Positions 9,970 to 19,983 of a DNA stretch of 64,000 nucleotides are shown here, in pieces. Origin of the DNA: Sulfolobales archaeon (GTDB taxonomy: Archaea > Thermoproteota > Thermoprotei_A > Sulfolobales > NBVN01); the NCBI GenBank assembly GCA_026419835.1, contig JAOAKQ010000002.1, positions 3,440-67,439 on the forward strand, read 5' to 3'. Position 1 is the first letter of the stretch. The number at the start of each line of letters is the position of its first letter. Made by a program: the position numbers and the translations under genes. The notes beneath the pieces were generated by a model. It was given only the letters and a program-made list of their open reading frames with translations, did not search any database and had not been told where the DNA came from.

Positions 9970-10827
9970 TCACTCCTCTCTAGAAGTCCTGTAAAGCTCA
10001 CCTCTCCTAGCTTCGAGTAGATTCGGTTCTAATCCCAGAAACTCAGCCGCCGATATTGGCTTCCTACTCGAGAGCTCGGAGATCTCTCTAAATAGCTTGA
10101 CGTAGTTTAGATCTCTCATCAGGTGGTGGTCCACGATGAGGGTTTCAACGCATTTAGATAGCTTAGCTAAGTTTTCTCTAGCTATTCGAACCTCTCTCGG
10201 AGTGTAGGCTCTTCCAACTAGGTAAGTCGGGGGACCGTCAATTATTGATACCCTAGAACCGCACGCGAACTCAACTACGTAATCTTCCAGAGGTCCCTCT
10301 ACATCAGACGAGAAACTGAGCGCATCCCCGCCGTCTTCAATTCTAGCCATAACTACGTATCCGAGTCTAGCGCTGCTTCCGTGGGGCACCGGGTTCGAGA
10401 AGACTATCCTGGTAGTACCGAGTTCAAACGTTCTGCCATCAGCTACCTGAACTCTGGCTCCAGCGCTCCTCACCATCTTCAGAAACTTGGAAGCTCTAAT
10501 CCTCTGGGAGATGTTTATGTTCTCTACGGGGTCTTTGATTAGCAGGGTCTTCGAAGAATACCTCTCAGCGGGAATTCTGTACCCGGGGTCGTGGTGGTCG
10601 TAGTGGTAGTGTGTCACTATGATCACATCTACGTCCGCCAACAAACTCTCTATCCTAGAGACGGAGCTCTCCAACTGCCTCAGCTCTAGTTCGTGAGGTG
10701 GGAGACCGTACCTGACTGGTGCTAGAGCCGCCGAGGGGTCTATGAATATTCTCACACTTCTAGTAGACACTACCGTAGCCATAGACCTAACTCCGAGACT
10801 ATCGAAGGCTACCGGAACTACCTCGAT
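9970..10827 (-). CDS. Metallo-beta-lactamase-fold hydrolase (UPF0282)
   Basis: THYHYDHH, PVPHG, SDVEG, DHHLMRD. Conserved N-terminus (IEVVPVAFDSLGVRSMAT) extends upstream of the ORF-track ATG at 10782. Confidence 0.85.
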   Translation of the reverse strand: MEVVPVAFDSLGVRSMATVVSTRSVRIFIDPSAALAPVRYGLPPHELELRQLESSVSRIESLLADVDVIIVTHYHYDHHDPGYRIPAERYSSKTLLIKDPVENINISQRIRASKFLKMVRSAGARVQVADGRTFELGTTRIVFSNPVPHGSSARLGYVVMARIEDGGDALSFSSDVEGPLEDYVVEFACGSRVSIIDGPPTYLVGRAYTPREVRIARENLAKLSKCVETLIVDHHLMRDLNYVKLFREISELSSRKPISAAEFLGLEPNLLEARRGELYRTSREE

Positions 10828-10894
10828 TTTCTCACAGAAACTACTACGTGGTAAAATTATTAACTCCGGGGTATATGTGCAGAGGGTTAAGTCT

Positions 10895-12007
10895 ATGTAC
10901 GAGATAACTAAGGAAGGAGTTTTCCAGCTGCTTAAGAAGCTCTCGGAGGCTATAGGCCCCTCCGGATTCGAAGACCCGATCCGCGAGATAGTTATCGAGG
11001 AGTTGAAGCCCTACGCTGACTCTATGTGGGTCGACTCCCTAGGTAACGTGATTGCCGTTAAGAAGGGTTCTAGGGGTAGCGGTAGGTTAATGCTCGCTGG
11101 GCACATGGACGAGATAGGCCTCATAGTGAGCCACGTAGACCAGAAGGGGTTCCTGAGATTCCAGCCCATAGGCGGGATATCGGAGAGAGTTCTACTAGGT
11201 CAGAGAGTAGTCATCAGAACACGTGAAGGAAGAGTTGTGAGGGGTGTCATCGGGAGTAGGCCTCCGCACATAATGAAGCCGGAGGAACTCAAGCAAATCC
11301 CCGAAATTAAGGATATGTACGTAGATGTTGGTGCTTCGAGTAGAGAAGAAGTGGAGAAGATGGGGGTTCTAGTCGGCTCTATAGCTGTATTTGAGAGAGA
11401 CCTATCCTTCGTAGGAGGGTCCTCGGACGTAGTTACCGGGAAGGCCCTAGACGATAGAGTAGGTCTCGCAGCTATGGTTGAAGCGTTTAAAGCCGTTGAC
11501 GGGAATGAAGTGGATGTCTACGCTGTAGCAACAGTTCAGGAGGAGGTAGGTCTTAAGGGCGCTAGAGTAGCTGCCTACTCGATAACTCCCGACGTAGCTC
11601 TAGCACTAGACGTTACTATAGCTAGCGACGTAGCCGGTGTCCCGGAGCAGGAGTGGATTACTCAACTAGGGAAGGGACCGGCGATAAAGGTAGTCGACGG
11701 GAGGGCCGCCACTGGACTCATAGCCCACCCAGTAGTTCGAGATAAGCTAATAGAGATCGCTAGGCAGTACAACATACCTCACCAAGTTGAGGTAGCTCCC
11801 GGCGGTACTACGGATGCCTCAATTATAGCACTAAACAAGGAGGGGGTTCCAGCAGCGACAGTATCAATACCTTCTAGGTACATACACTCACCAGTCGAGA
11901 TCGTGCACCTAGGCGACCTGGTGAACGCCTCTAAGCTAGCGGCACTCTTCTCCTCGAAGATAACTTCGGAGTGGGCTCTATCGATATCCAGGAGGGTCAT
12001 CAAGTGA
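10895..12007 (+). CDS. M42 family (TET) aminopeptidase
   Basis: AGHMDEIG, GKALDDRVG, VQEEVGL, GGTTDA, RYIHS. Start at ATG 10895. Confidence 0.93.
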   Translation: MYEITKEGVFQLLKKLSEAIGPSGFEDPIREIVIEELKPYADSMWVDSLGNVIAVKKGSRGSGRLMLAGHMDEIGLIVSHVDQKGFLRFQPIGGISERVLLGQRVVIRTREGRVVRGVIGSRPPHIMKPEELKQIPEIKDMYVDVGASSREEVEKMGVLVGSIAVFERDLSFVGGSSDVVTGKALDDRVGLAAMVEAFKAVDGNEVDVYAVATVQEEVGLKGARVAAYSITPDVALALDVTIASDVAGVPEQEWITQLGKGPAIKVVDGRAATGLIAHPVVRDKLIEIARQYNIPHQVEVAPGGTTDASIIALNKEGVPAATVSIPSRYIHSPVEIVHLGDLVNASKLAALFSSKITSEWALSISRRVIK

Positions 12008-12342
12008 GTGAAAGTAGGGAGATCGGAATAGAGGAGTTCTCCAGAGTAGACCTTAGAGTAGGTGTAGTTAAGAAAGCTGAGAAGATCCCTGGCTCCAGGA
12101 AGTTACTGAAGCTCCTAGTAGACCTGGGGAGTGAGGAGAGGCAGCTACTGGCTGGAATAGCTGAGTGGTACAACCCCGACGAACTAGTAGGTAAGCAGGT
12201 TGTTGTAGTAGCTAATCTAAAACCAAAGAAGATCATGGGCTACGTATCTCATGGAATGGTTCTAGCCACCTGCGACGAGAACTCCAAACCGGTTCTAATA
12301 ACTACTTCAGAACCAGTGCGCCCTGGAGCAAAAGTCTGCTGA
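12004..12342 (+). CDS. tRNA-binding OB-fold protein (MetRS C-terminal/Trbp111/CsaA family)
   Basis: F.RVDLRVG...KLL.L.VDLG..RQ..AGI...VVANLKP. GTG overlaps upstream TGA. Confidence 0.9.
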   Translation: MSESREIGIEEFSRVDLRVGVVKKAEKIPGSRKLLKLLVDLGSEERQLLAGIAEWYNPDELVGKQVVVVANLKPKKIMGYVSHGMVLATCDENSKPVLITTSEPVRPGAKVC

Positions 12343-12386
12343 GAGTACCGGGTCTCACCTAGAAGTATAAGTCTCAGCCTGCGGGG

Positions 12387-13196
12387 GTGGTTAAGTCGGT
12401 TTTCACACATCAGCACGCGGCACTCCTAGTAGTTCTCGCAGTTGTAGCGCAGAACTTTAGTGTAGAGGCTGCGGCTACATGCTACGTTCAGGGTTCTCTA
12501 GCTACAGTATCCACTAGACTCTACGTAGAGTCCGAGTACATCACCATACCGGCTATAGGTAGGGTTCTAGCTATAGTGAACGCATCAAGGAACACCTTCG
12601 TTAGCTACCAGAGTAACTACTTAGAGGTGCTAGTACTTAATCCCCCAGCAAATATATCGGTCACGTACCTAACGGAGCTATTTGAGTATCGGGACGGTGA
12701 GTACTATACTGAGTTCTACAATCCCTACAGAACTCTCGCGGTGTACCTACCACTAAACTCCGTGGTAGTAGAAGTCTCGAATTTAACCCACTTCCGAAAA
12801 ACTGGAGAGTACTACGAGCTGGTCTTTTCGGAAGGTCGCGTAAGGCTGGTTTATCTCTCAGTAGAACCGGGAGTTAGTGAGGTAGCCGGGTTTAGCTGGA
12901 TTTGGATAGCTGTCGGTACTGGAGCCGCAGCTGCTGGCGGTGCTCTAGCTTACTATGTCTTAGTTAAGCGAAGAAGAGAGATCAGGAGGCTCGAAGTTCT
13001 AGACGACAGAGATAGAGCAATAATTAGCGCGCTAAAGTCGGGTCCTATGACGCCGCAGGAACTCATAGAGCTTACGGATATATCTAAAGCAACTTTCTAC
13101 AGAAGGATTAAGAGACTCATTTCTATGGGTTACGTAGAGCAGGTTAAGAAGGAAGGTAAGGTGTACTACAGACTAAGGAAGGGGAGCGGTAGCTAG
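12387..13196 (+). CDS. Membrane-anchored transcription-regulator-like protein (signal peptide, extracellular beta domain, TM, C-terminal wHTH; COG2512-like)
   Basis: N-terminal hydrophobic segment, TM WIWIAVG...LAYYVLV followed by KRRR, wHTH (LDDRDRAII...TPQELIELTDISKATFYRRIKRLISMGYV). Confidence 0.8.
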   Translation: MVKSVFTHQHAALLVVLAVVAQNFSVEAAATCYVQGSLATVSTRLYVESEYITIPAIGRVLAIVNASRNTFVSYQSNYLEVLVLNPPANISVTYLTELFEYRDGEYYTEFYNPYRTLAVYLPLNSVVVEVSNLTHFRKTGEYYELVFSEGRVRLVYLSVEPGVSEVAGFSWIWIAVGTGAAAAGGALAYYVLVKRRREIRRLEVLDDRDRAIISALKSGPMTPQELIELTDISKATFYRRIKRLISMGYVEQVKKEGKVYYRLRKGSGS

Positions 13197-13197
13197 C

Positions 13198-14400
13198 TTA
13201 GAGAGCTTGCGCTAGTCCTATGGAGATGGTTATAGCGGTTAGTGCCACGGTAGACCACTGAACTACCCTATCTAGTTTCTGAGCGCCCACCTTCTTCAAG
13301 ACTTCAGATAGGAGCTTACCGCCGTCGGTTATGATTAGAGGGGCTGAGTTGAAGATCGCTAGAGATATGTTAACTATGTAGAGAAGTTGGAGTTGGCAGT
13401 TCGCGTACAGTAGGTAGCTGGGGGTAGCGCTCGAGAATGTGTAGCTACTTGGAGCTACTACGATTCCAACTCTATACCCGTACTTCTCGACGTCGCCCAG
13501 ACTTCTGGTTACCAGGTACTCTTCACTGAGTTCTGAAGCTCTGTAGAAACCGCACACGCCAGTATCTACTAGAGGCCTCACTCTAAATCTAAATACAGCT
13601 ACCCTATCTAGGCTCCTATTTAGAGTTTCTCTGAGCTCATCTAGAGACCTTATTGAACTTCCGTTAATTTCCTCGAGTATAGATGGGTAGACTAGGCCCG
13701 CTCTACCGGCTGGCATCGCCGGGTCTACTCCGACTATCATCAGATGGGGTCCGTCCAAGTAGGGAGCTAGGGGTTGAGCCGCTAGTCCAGCGAGAGCTAG
13801 TGATAGTAGCCCAACGACTACGTTAGCCATAATTCCAGCACACAGAACCGAGGCTTTAACCTCCAGCTTCGACCTGGAGAAGCTCTCCTCGCTAACTCTT
13901 ACGTAAGCTACGGGAAATATTAGTGCGAGACCTATACCCCAGCTCTCAACGGGGACGCCGTTTACTAGAGCTACTACCATGTGGAGTACTTCGTGAGCCG
14001 CTAGTCCTATACCTATCGAGATGAGTAGTGGAAGTAAGATGTTGAGACCGAACGTTATGCCGGGAATTACGGGGACTATAGGGGATTGGGGTGCTGGCTC
14101 CCCTCTTCCGATCGAGGTAACTAGGTCGATTACGTAGTTGAGGACAATGCTGTAGAATAGGTATGCTGAAACGGCGAGACTCGTAGCCGATATAGCTAGA
14201 AGAGCGTATCTGAGCGCTCTACCAGCTCTACGCGGACTGAGTCCTCTGCCTACATCGATTAGGAGAGCGCCGGGCTCTACGAACGTCTTCAACTTAGCTA
14301 GCTTCTCTCTGAATCCTTGAGAACTTCTATAGCAGTAGTATAGGGCTAGCTCTACCGCTACTATAGCGGCGAGAACCAGCAGTATTCCTTCTCTAGACAT
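13198..14400 (-). CDS. Site-2 protease (M50) with PDZ-like domain
   Basis: HEVLH, AGIMAN, PAGRAGL...INGSSI (PDZ), NSAPLIITDGG. Confidence 0.9.
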   Translation of the reverse strand: MSREGILLVLAAIVAVELALYYCYRSSQGFREKLAKLKTFVEPGALLIDVGRGLSPRRAGRALRYALLAISATSLAVSAYLFYSIVLNYVIDLVTSIGRGEPAPQSPIVPVIPGITFGLNILLPLLISIGIGLAAHEVLHMVVALVNGVPVESWGIGLALIFPVAYVRVSEESFSRSKLEVKASVLCAGIMANVVVGLLSLALAGLAAQPLAPYLDGPHLMIVGVDPAMPAGRAGLVYPSILEEINGSSIRSLDELRETLNRSLDRVAVFRFRVRPLVDTGVCGFYRASELSEEYLVTRSLGDVEKYGYRVGIVVAPSSYTFSSATPSYLLYANCQLQLLYIVNISLAIFNSAPLIITDGGKLLSEVLKKVGAQKLDRVVQWSTVALTAITISIGLAQAL

Positions 14401-14416
14401 CTAGCTTCCCAGAGAG

Positions 14417-15058
14417 CTACAGAATTGAGGTTAAATCCTTGAGGGTTGTGATGACTACATCAGCACTTACGCTAGCTACTTTCACGATTCTATTTCTAGC
14501 AACGAGAACCGACTTCATCCCAGCAGCTTTAGCTGGTGCGGTATCGTATACCGTGTCGCCAACAACTACTGTCTCGCAATTCTCGACACCGGCCTTTCTA
14601 GCGATCTTAACGAAGATCTCCGGGTCCGGCTTACCTCTCACGACTTCATCACCACCAACTACGTAGTTGAAGTATTCCAGTAACTCCAGTTTCTCTAGCA
14701 GGGGTAGTAGTACGTAGTTCGGGGACGACGAGGCTAGCCCTATAGCGTATCCACGCTTCTTCAGGTAATTTAGGCAGGGTAGTACGTCCGGGAACGGCGA
14801 TACTCTACCACTAGCGAGCTGCTTGAGGAAGTGCTTGTCCTTAACCCACCTAATCCTCTCGTAGTGCTTAAGTCCTTCACTACCGATAGCTGCTCTAACT
14901 ATCGCGTCTCCGGGGAGTCCTATTAAGCTAGTGAACGCACTCCTATCTACTCGAGCCAGCCCGAGAAGCTCTACTGCGAAAGACCAGCCTTCGGAGTGGA
15001 TATCGATAGTATCGACTAGAGTACCATCAAGATCGAAGACAACTAGCTTTACAGTCAA
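14417..15058 (-). CDS. HAD family phosphatase
   Basis: FDLDGTLVDT, KPDPEIF, VGDTVYD. Confidence 0.92.
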   Translation of the reverse strand: MTVKLVVFDLDGTLVDTIDIHSEGWSFAVELLGLARVDRSAFTSLIGLPGDAIVRAAIGSEGLKHYERIRWVKDKHFLKQLASGRVSPFPDVLPCLNYLKKRGYAIGLASSSPNYVLLPLLEKLELLEYFNYVVGGDEVVRGKPDPEIFVKIARKAGVENCETVVVGDTVYDTAPAKAAGMKSVLVARNRIVKVASVSADVVITTLKDLTSIL

Positions 15059-15067
15059 TACCCTTCC

Positions 15068-15820
15068 CTACATTACCTCGCGGTCCTTATATCCAGGTCT
15101 CTCAGGAACCTCCTTCCGACTTAGAATCTTAGATAGCGCTGCTGTAACTCTCTGCTCGACGTGCTCTGCGTAGGTATCTAGTTCACTCACATCAACTTCA
15201 ACATCTAGGAACCTAGCTATTACCTGAATTACGTGCTTAGCCGCTCTGAAGTCAGCTTCATCTACTTCAACTAGCGGTGCCCAGGTCTCCCCCAGGAGAA
15301 CGGCTCCGGGAATTCCGTAGTACTTGCTCCACCCAACTATGATACCGTTCATTCCACTGATCGTACCTCCTCTAAGCTTCACAGCTCCGAGAGATGTGAA
15401 GGTCTCCACGGTTCTCGCATCGGTTCCTACTACGTACACCTTCCTAACTAACTCTACGTTAGGTACTACGTAAGCGGCAGCAGCCACTACGTACCTCACT
15501 CCTCTCTTAAATAGAGCCTCCACCACTTTCTTAGATATGGAGTTCTGACCCACGGAGTTCTGGGGCTGTACATCGGCTGTAAATACGAGTGCCTTCCCTA
15601 TATCGTATATCTTACCGGTGAACAGATTGCCGAACCCACCGTCATCGACCTCGAGCTGCGATGGGAAGTACACAGAGTAAACTTCTCCAGCTAGAGACCC
15701 ACCCAGCTTGTTTACGAAGTAGTTAGCTGTTATATACCCAACCCTACCCATACCTGGAAGTCCTACAACTAGCACCTTATCCTCGAAGCCGCTCTTCCTT
15801 AGCTTAATGCTTACGCTCAT
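15068..15820 (-). CDS. PAC2 family (proteasome assembly chaperone-like) protein
   Basis: GLPGMGRVGYI, ISGMNG, LLGET, D..AA. Confidence 0.85.
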   Translation of the reverse strand: MSVSIKLRKSGFEDKVLVVGLPGMGRVGYITANYFVNKLGGSLAGEVYSVYFPSQLEVDDGGFGNLFTGKIYDIGKALVFTADVQPQNSVGQNSISKKVVEALFKRGVRYVVAAAAYVVPNVELVRKVYVVGTDARTVETFTSLGAVKLRGGTISGMNGIIVGWSKYYGIPGAVLLGETWAPLVEVDEADFRAAKHVIQVIARFLDVEVDVSELDTYAEHVEQRVTAALSKILSRKEVPERPGYKDREVM

Positions 15821-15898
15821 GTACGACCCACAACACTAGTTGCTGTATTAATTTAAAGCCGCGATCCTGCCGGAGGACTCGCCGCTACCGAGCTACCG

Positions 15899-16708
15899 CT
15901 AACTTAGAGTAGCTGGAGTTTCTTTACTAGATTCGGCCGGTACCGGGATGGCCACTACCTGAGACCTACCTATCTGTACGGTCTCTACTTTAACACCGTA
16001 GACTCTCTCTATTGACTCAGACGTGAAGACCTCTAGAGGACTTCCGGAGGCGACAATCCTACCTCTATATAGAAGATATACTCTATCGCAGTATAGTGAA
16101 GCTAAGTGGAGGTCGTGCAGCGCTACCACGGTGACCGCTCCGCGCTTCTCCGTGTACTTCTTAACGAGGTCCATGATCTCAAAGCGGTAGCGTATGTCTA
16201 GAAAAGCCGATGGTTCATCTAGGAGAAGCACTCTCGGTTTTTTAGCTAGTGACGCGGCTACTACTACTCTCTGAAGCTCACCACTGCTGAGCTGCTCTAG
16301 TTTTCTGTCTAGTATGTGGACTATATCGAGCTCCTTAGCTACCTCCTCAACTACTTCAATATCTTCTCTACTCTCGAAGTACTGGAGGGCCCTGTGGTGC
16401 GGGTACCTGGAGGTTAGTATGAAGTCTACGACCTTCATGGGCAGCGTCTTAGGTAGGTGGGGGTCCGAGTAGGAGACTAACTTAGCTATCTCACTCGCAC
16501 TGTACGTTCTAACATCTTTTCCATCTATGTAGACAACCCCCTCCGACGGCTTAATTAGAGATGCCACTAGCTTTAGGGTCGTGGTCTTACCGGATCCGTT
16601 GGGTCCTACTAGACAGGATATCCTACCGCTATCGAACTCCAGGGTTACGCTATCGACAGCTTTAACGGTATCGTAGCTGAAGACTACGTTCTTGAGCTCT
16701 ACCTTCAT
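15899..16708 (-). CDS. ABC transporter ATPase, iron-chelate/cobalamin family
   Basis: GPNGSGKTT, LSSGELQR, LLLDEP, LHDL. Confidence 0.92.
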   Translation of the reverse strand: MKVELKNVVFSYDTVKAVDSVTLEFDSGRISCLVGPNGSGKTTTLKLVASLIKPSEGVVYIDGKDVRTYSASEIAKLVSYSDPHLPKTLPMKVVDFILTSRYPHHRALQYFESREDIEVVEEVAKELDIVHILDRKLEQLSSGELQRVVVAASLAKKPRVLLLDEPSAFLDIRYRFEIMDLVKKYTEKRGAVTVVALHDLHLASLYCDRVYLLYRGRIVASGSPLEVFTSESIERVYGVKVETVQIGRSQVVAIPVPAESSKETPATLS

Positions 16709-17739
16709 CTCCTACTACCTCTAATAACTAGGTACGCTAGAAACGGAGCACCAATAACACTAGTTACAACACCCAGCGGAATCTCACCTCTAGTGGATAC
16801 TATCGAGATAGCTCTAGTAGCTACATCCGCTAGGATAGCTAGTGAGGAGCCTGTTAGTAGGGAGAGTAGTATCGTAACTCTGTGGTCTGAGGTTCCCAGT
16901 AGAATCCTAGTGATGTGCGGAGCGGCGAGCCCTATGAACCCCACTATCCCGACTACAGCAACCGATGACCCGGCTAGGAGACTGGCTACGAAAGCTGATA
17001 CCGTTGTCACCACCCTGACTCTGTACCCTAGCTGAGCTGCGTAGGAGTCTCCAAATAGGTAGGCGTTTAGAGCCTTAGGAATTCTGAACGCGAACACTAT
17101 GGCTACTGAGAGAGCTAGCGTAATCACTAGGTAGACCAGGTCTTGAGATAGTACGCGGCTCGCTGAGCCCATTAGGAGGAATACGTACGGGTGCCTGAGC
17201 TTGTCCTGCACTAGAAAGAGGAGTATGTGGGAAACACCCGAGAAAAGCGCTGAAACGGCTATTCCGGAGAGTATTAGCGAGAGACCCGTACCGCCGGCTA
17301 CTAGGCTAATCGAGGTCGTTAGGAAGTATCCTAGGAGGGCTCCGGAGAAGGCTATTAAGATGGATATCTGGCGGTAGGCTATTAGAGTAGGATCTACTAG
17401 CAGGAATACTGAGAGAACGGCTAGAGCTGTCGAGGAGACTCCTAGAATAGATGGGTCGGCTAGGGGGTTTCTAGATACGCCTTGAACTAGAACGCCCGAT
17501 ACAGCCAGCATGCAGCCCGTGAGTAGAGCCGCTAGCGTTCTCGTAATTCTCAGCTCTACGATGAGTCTAGCCGGCTCACCGCACTCAATTCTCAGTAGGC
17601 ACAGAAGGACCTTATCTAAGGGTATCATCGAAGCTCCGATAGATACGGAGACAGCTACGAGTGTGAGAAGAAGAAGTGCGAGTAGAGTGGATAAGGTAAA
17701 AAACCTGAGCCTAGCTACTCTAGCTATCCGGTGAGCCAT
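16705..17739 (-). CDS. ABC transporter permease, FecCD/BtuC family
   Basis: QGVSRNPLADPSILG, GFIGLAAPH, EIPLGVVTS.IGAPF. Confidence 0.92.
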   Translation of the reverse strand: MAHRIARVARLRFFTLSTLLALLLLTLVAVSVSIGASMIPLDKVLLCLLRIECGEPARLIVELRITRTLAALLTGCMLAVSGVLVQGVSRNPLADPSILGVSSTALAVLSVFLLVDPTLIAYRQISILIAFSGALLGYFLTTSISLVAGGTGLSLILSGIAVSALFSGVSHILLFLVQDKLRHPYVFLLMGSASRVLSQDLVYLVITLALSVAIVFAFRIPKALNAYLFGDSYAAQLGYRVRVVTTVSAFVASLLAGSSVAVVGIVGFIGLAAPHITRILLGTSDHRVTILLSLLTGSSLAILADVATRAISIVSTRGEIPLGVVTSVIGAPFLAYLVIRGSRR

Positions 17740-17751
17740 GACCTCATCCTT

Positions 17752-18933
17752 CTAGGAGGTAACTTCAAGCTGCTGAAGAACGTTCTGCGTGATTACGACT
17801 GGTGCATCCGCAGTAGGTCTAACGATTACCGGAATATCGACCTCCCCGAAGATCTCTGGGTATAGAATGGATGCCACAATTCTAACCGCTAAGCTCAGTC
17901 TAGGACCGGGCCTCATGAGTATGTCGTTGGCTTCCTGGTTTACTAAATATATTCTACCATTCTTAAATGCGTTAGTAGCCGCTAGAGGGCTCTCCGCAAT
18001 TTCTTTCAGCACCGCCTTGGGGTCTACTCCGTGAGCGCTAACTATTATTACATCCGGGTTCTGGGAAACTATGAACTCGTAGTCTAGTTGAGGCCAACCG
18101 GAGAACCTACCAGCTATATTCACACCACCAGCCGTTCTCAGAACCCACCCTATGAAAGTGTTTCCACCGGCACTGTAGAGACCCCAGCTGGGCGGACCTA
18201 GGAGGATAAGTACCTTAGGTCTTCCAGTTTTAGGTACTTGAGCTTCTACAGCACTTACTTCTCTCTCCATTCTAGCTATCAGCTCTTCCGCGGCACTCTC
18301 AACTAGGAATATTCTAGCTACAGTTCTGATGTCCAAGTAAACTTCGTACTTATCGATAGCACCACTCCCGCGTATGTAGAGAACCTTAATACCGGCCTGC
18401 TCCAGCTGGTCCTTGAGCCTTAGGTGGGGAGGAGTGCCGGCAGACCCAATTACGAGGTCCGGCTTTACCGCTAGTATCTTCTCTAGTTCTGGAGTCCAGA
18501 AACCTCCTATTACAGCTATCTTCCCCTCGTTAACGAGCTTGAGTACTTCCGGTGGGTAATTGCAGAAGCTGGTAACGCCGACAACCCTATTGCCGAGTCC
18601 TAGAGCGAAGAGTATCTCAGTTATTGACGGTGCTAGAGAGACTACCCTACCCGGCGGTTTATCGAATACGAGAACTCTACCTAGTGAGTCTACTACAGAT
18701 ACTATCTCACGTACTACAGTAACTGGCGTTATCGTAGTTACAACTCTAGTCGTAACTTGAGTCACAGTCTCGGTCACGGGCCTAGTTACGGTCGCCGCTG
18801 ACACTATGGTTACAGTCCTCTCGCTTATGAGTACCGGAGCCGTTAGTCTACCCACACCTATACCAGCGGCTAATACCACGACAACTAGCACGGCCAGTAC
18901 GATACTTCTAGACAGAGTCTTTCCGTATATCAC
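17752..18933 (-). CDS. ABC substrate-binding protein, BtuF/iron-chelate type
   Basis: N-terminal TM, Thr/Val-rich linker, RVVSLAPSITEILFALG, RPGPR. Confidence 0.9.
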   Translation of the reverse strand: MIYGKTLSRSIVLAVLVVVVLAAGIGVGRLTAPVLISERTVTIVSAATVTRPVTETVTQVTTRVVTTITPVTVVREIVSVVDSLGRVLVFDKPPGRVVSLAPSITEILFALGLGNRVVGVTSFCNYPPEVLKLVNEGKIAVIGGFWTPELEKILAVKPDLVIGSAGTPPHLRLKDQLEQAGIKVLYIRGSGAIDKYEVYLDIRTVARIFLVESAAEELIARMEREVSAVEAQVPKTGRPKVLILLGPPSWGLYSAGGNTFIGWVLRTAGGVNIAGRFSGWPQLDYEFIVSQNPDVIIVSAHGVDPKAVLKEIAESPLAATNAFKNGRIYLVNQEANDILMRPGPRLSLAVRIVASILYPEIFGEVDIPVIVRPTADAPVVITQNVLQQLEVTS

Positions 18934-19049
18934 CGTTTGGACACCCTATTCATACGTAGAGTTATCAATATAAGCTTTACAGTTGGAAGCTGTTGAGTTC
19001 TCAGCTCAAGCTTTTAAGTAGTGTCTTCCTAGTTGTTGAGGTGCTGAGC

Positions 19050-19337
19050 GTGGGTAGAACTAAAGTAGTTGGCGTAGCCGGTAGGTTCAGCTCTAGGTAT
19101 GGGTCCTCTCTTCGGAAGAGGTGGAAGGAGGTCGTTGAGCGTAGGTACACTGAGTACGTATGCCCACTCTGCGGTACTAAAACCGTGTTTAAGAGACTGT
19201 CCGTAGGTCTGTGGAGATGCCCTAAGTGCGGGAGGGTATTTGCTGGAGGAGCTTACCAGCCCTACACTGAGATAGGTAGGGTAATAGTGGTACCTGGAGT
19301 TAGAGCGGTGGAGTCTCAGGAAAGGTCTAGTTCTTGA
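19050..19337 (+). CDS. rpl37ae: 50S ribosomal protein L37Ae (eL43)
   Basis: MGRTKVVGVAGRF..RYG, CPLC/CPKC zinc finger, FAGGAY. GAGGTG RBS before GTG 19050. Confidence 0.95.
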   Translation: MGRTKVVGVAGRFSSRYGSSLRKRWKEVVERRYTEYVCPLCGTKTVFKRLSVGLWRCPKCGRVFAGGAYQPYTEIGRVIVVPGVRAVESQERSSS

Positions 19338-19897
19338 AGAAGCTACTGCTAATAACAACATCTAGAGAACCTTCAAGGAGAACCCGCAGCTTCGCTAAGG
19401 ACCTGAACCTAGCCATACCTTACTCACGTAGACTTAATAGAGGTAAAGCAACGTACGGTGAGCTAGCTAGTAGAGCTTCCTCTCTAGGAGCTTACGGAGT
19501 TCTCGTAGTTCTCGAGAAGAGGGGGAACCCGTCCGCACTTCTCTTTACGAAACCGGAGGGCTTGGAGCTGAGAAAGGCGTTCCTACTTAAGCTAGGTGGA
19601 GTAACTCTACTTAGAGAAATTCCAGGTTCTCAAACACCTCTAGGTCTCAGCGAGCTCGCGCTGGCCGTGAAAACCATCCCGGAGGGAGTCCCAGAACTCC
19701 TAGCTCCCTACTTAATTGAGTGCTTCAGACCGAGCTTAGTGGAGAGAGCCGAGGGGGAGCTCGTAGAGCTCAAAATCTTGGGAGGGAGTACCGGAGCTAC
19801 GGTGGCCTTTATTTGCGCTACGACAGACCGCGAGTGCGGACCTAGGTTCGTAGTTGTGAACGTGTTTGACTACTTAAAGCACTCGAGAATTCCCTAA
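19334..19897 (+). CDS. Brix-domain (Imp4-like) ribosome biogenesis protein
   Basis: ITTSREPSRRTRSF..DL, NRGK, GNP; typical position after rpl37ae. Confidence 0.88.
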   Translation: MKKLLLITTSREPSRRTRSFAKDLNLAIPYSRRLNRGKATYGELASRASSLGAYGVLVVLEKRGNPSALLFTKPEGLELRKAFLLKLGGVTLLREIPGSQTPLGLSELALAVKTIPEGVPELLAPYLIECFRPSLVERAEGELVELKILGGSTGATVAFICATTDRECGPRFVVVNVFDYLKHSRIP

Positions 19898-19954
19898 GTG
19901 TCCACTAGAGCCTATCTACAAGAGTACCCCGGACTAGCTCTACCAGTAAGTGAA

Positions 19955-19965
19955 GGAAAAAAAGG
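19955..19965 (-). terminator. Oligo-T terminator of the NhaC-family gene
   Basis: T7 tract on minus strand ~20 nt after the stop at 19984. Confidence 0.5.
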
Positions 19966-19983
19966 TAGCGGTTAGGTTCTTAC

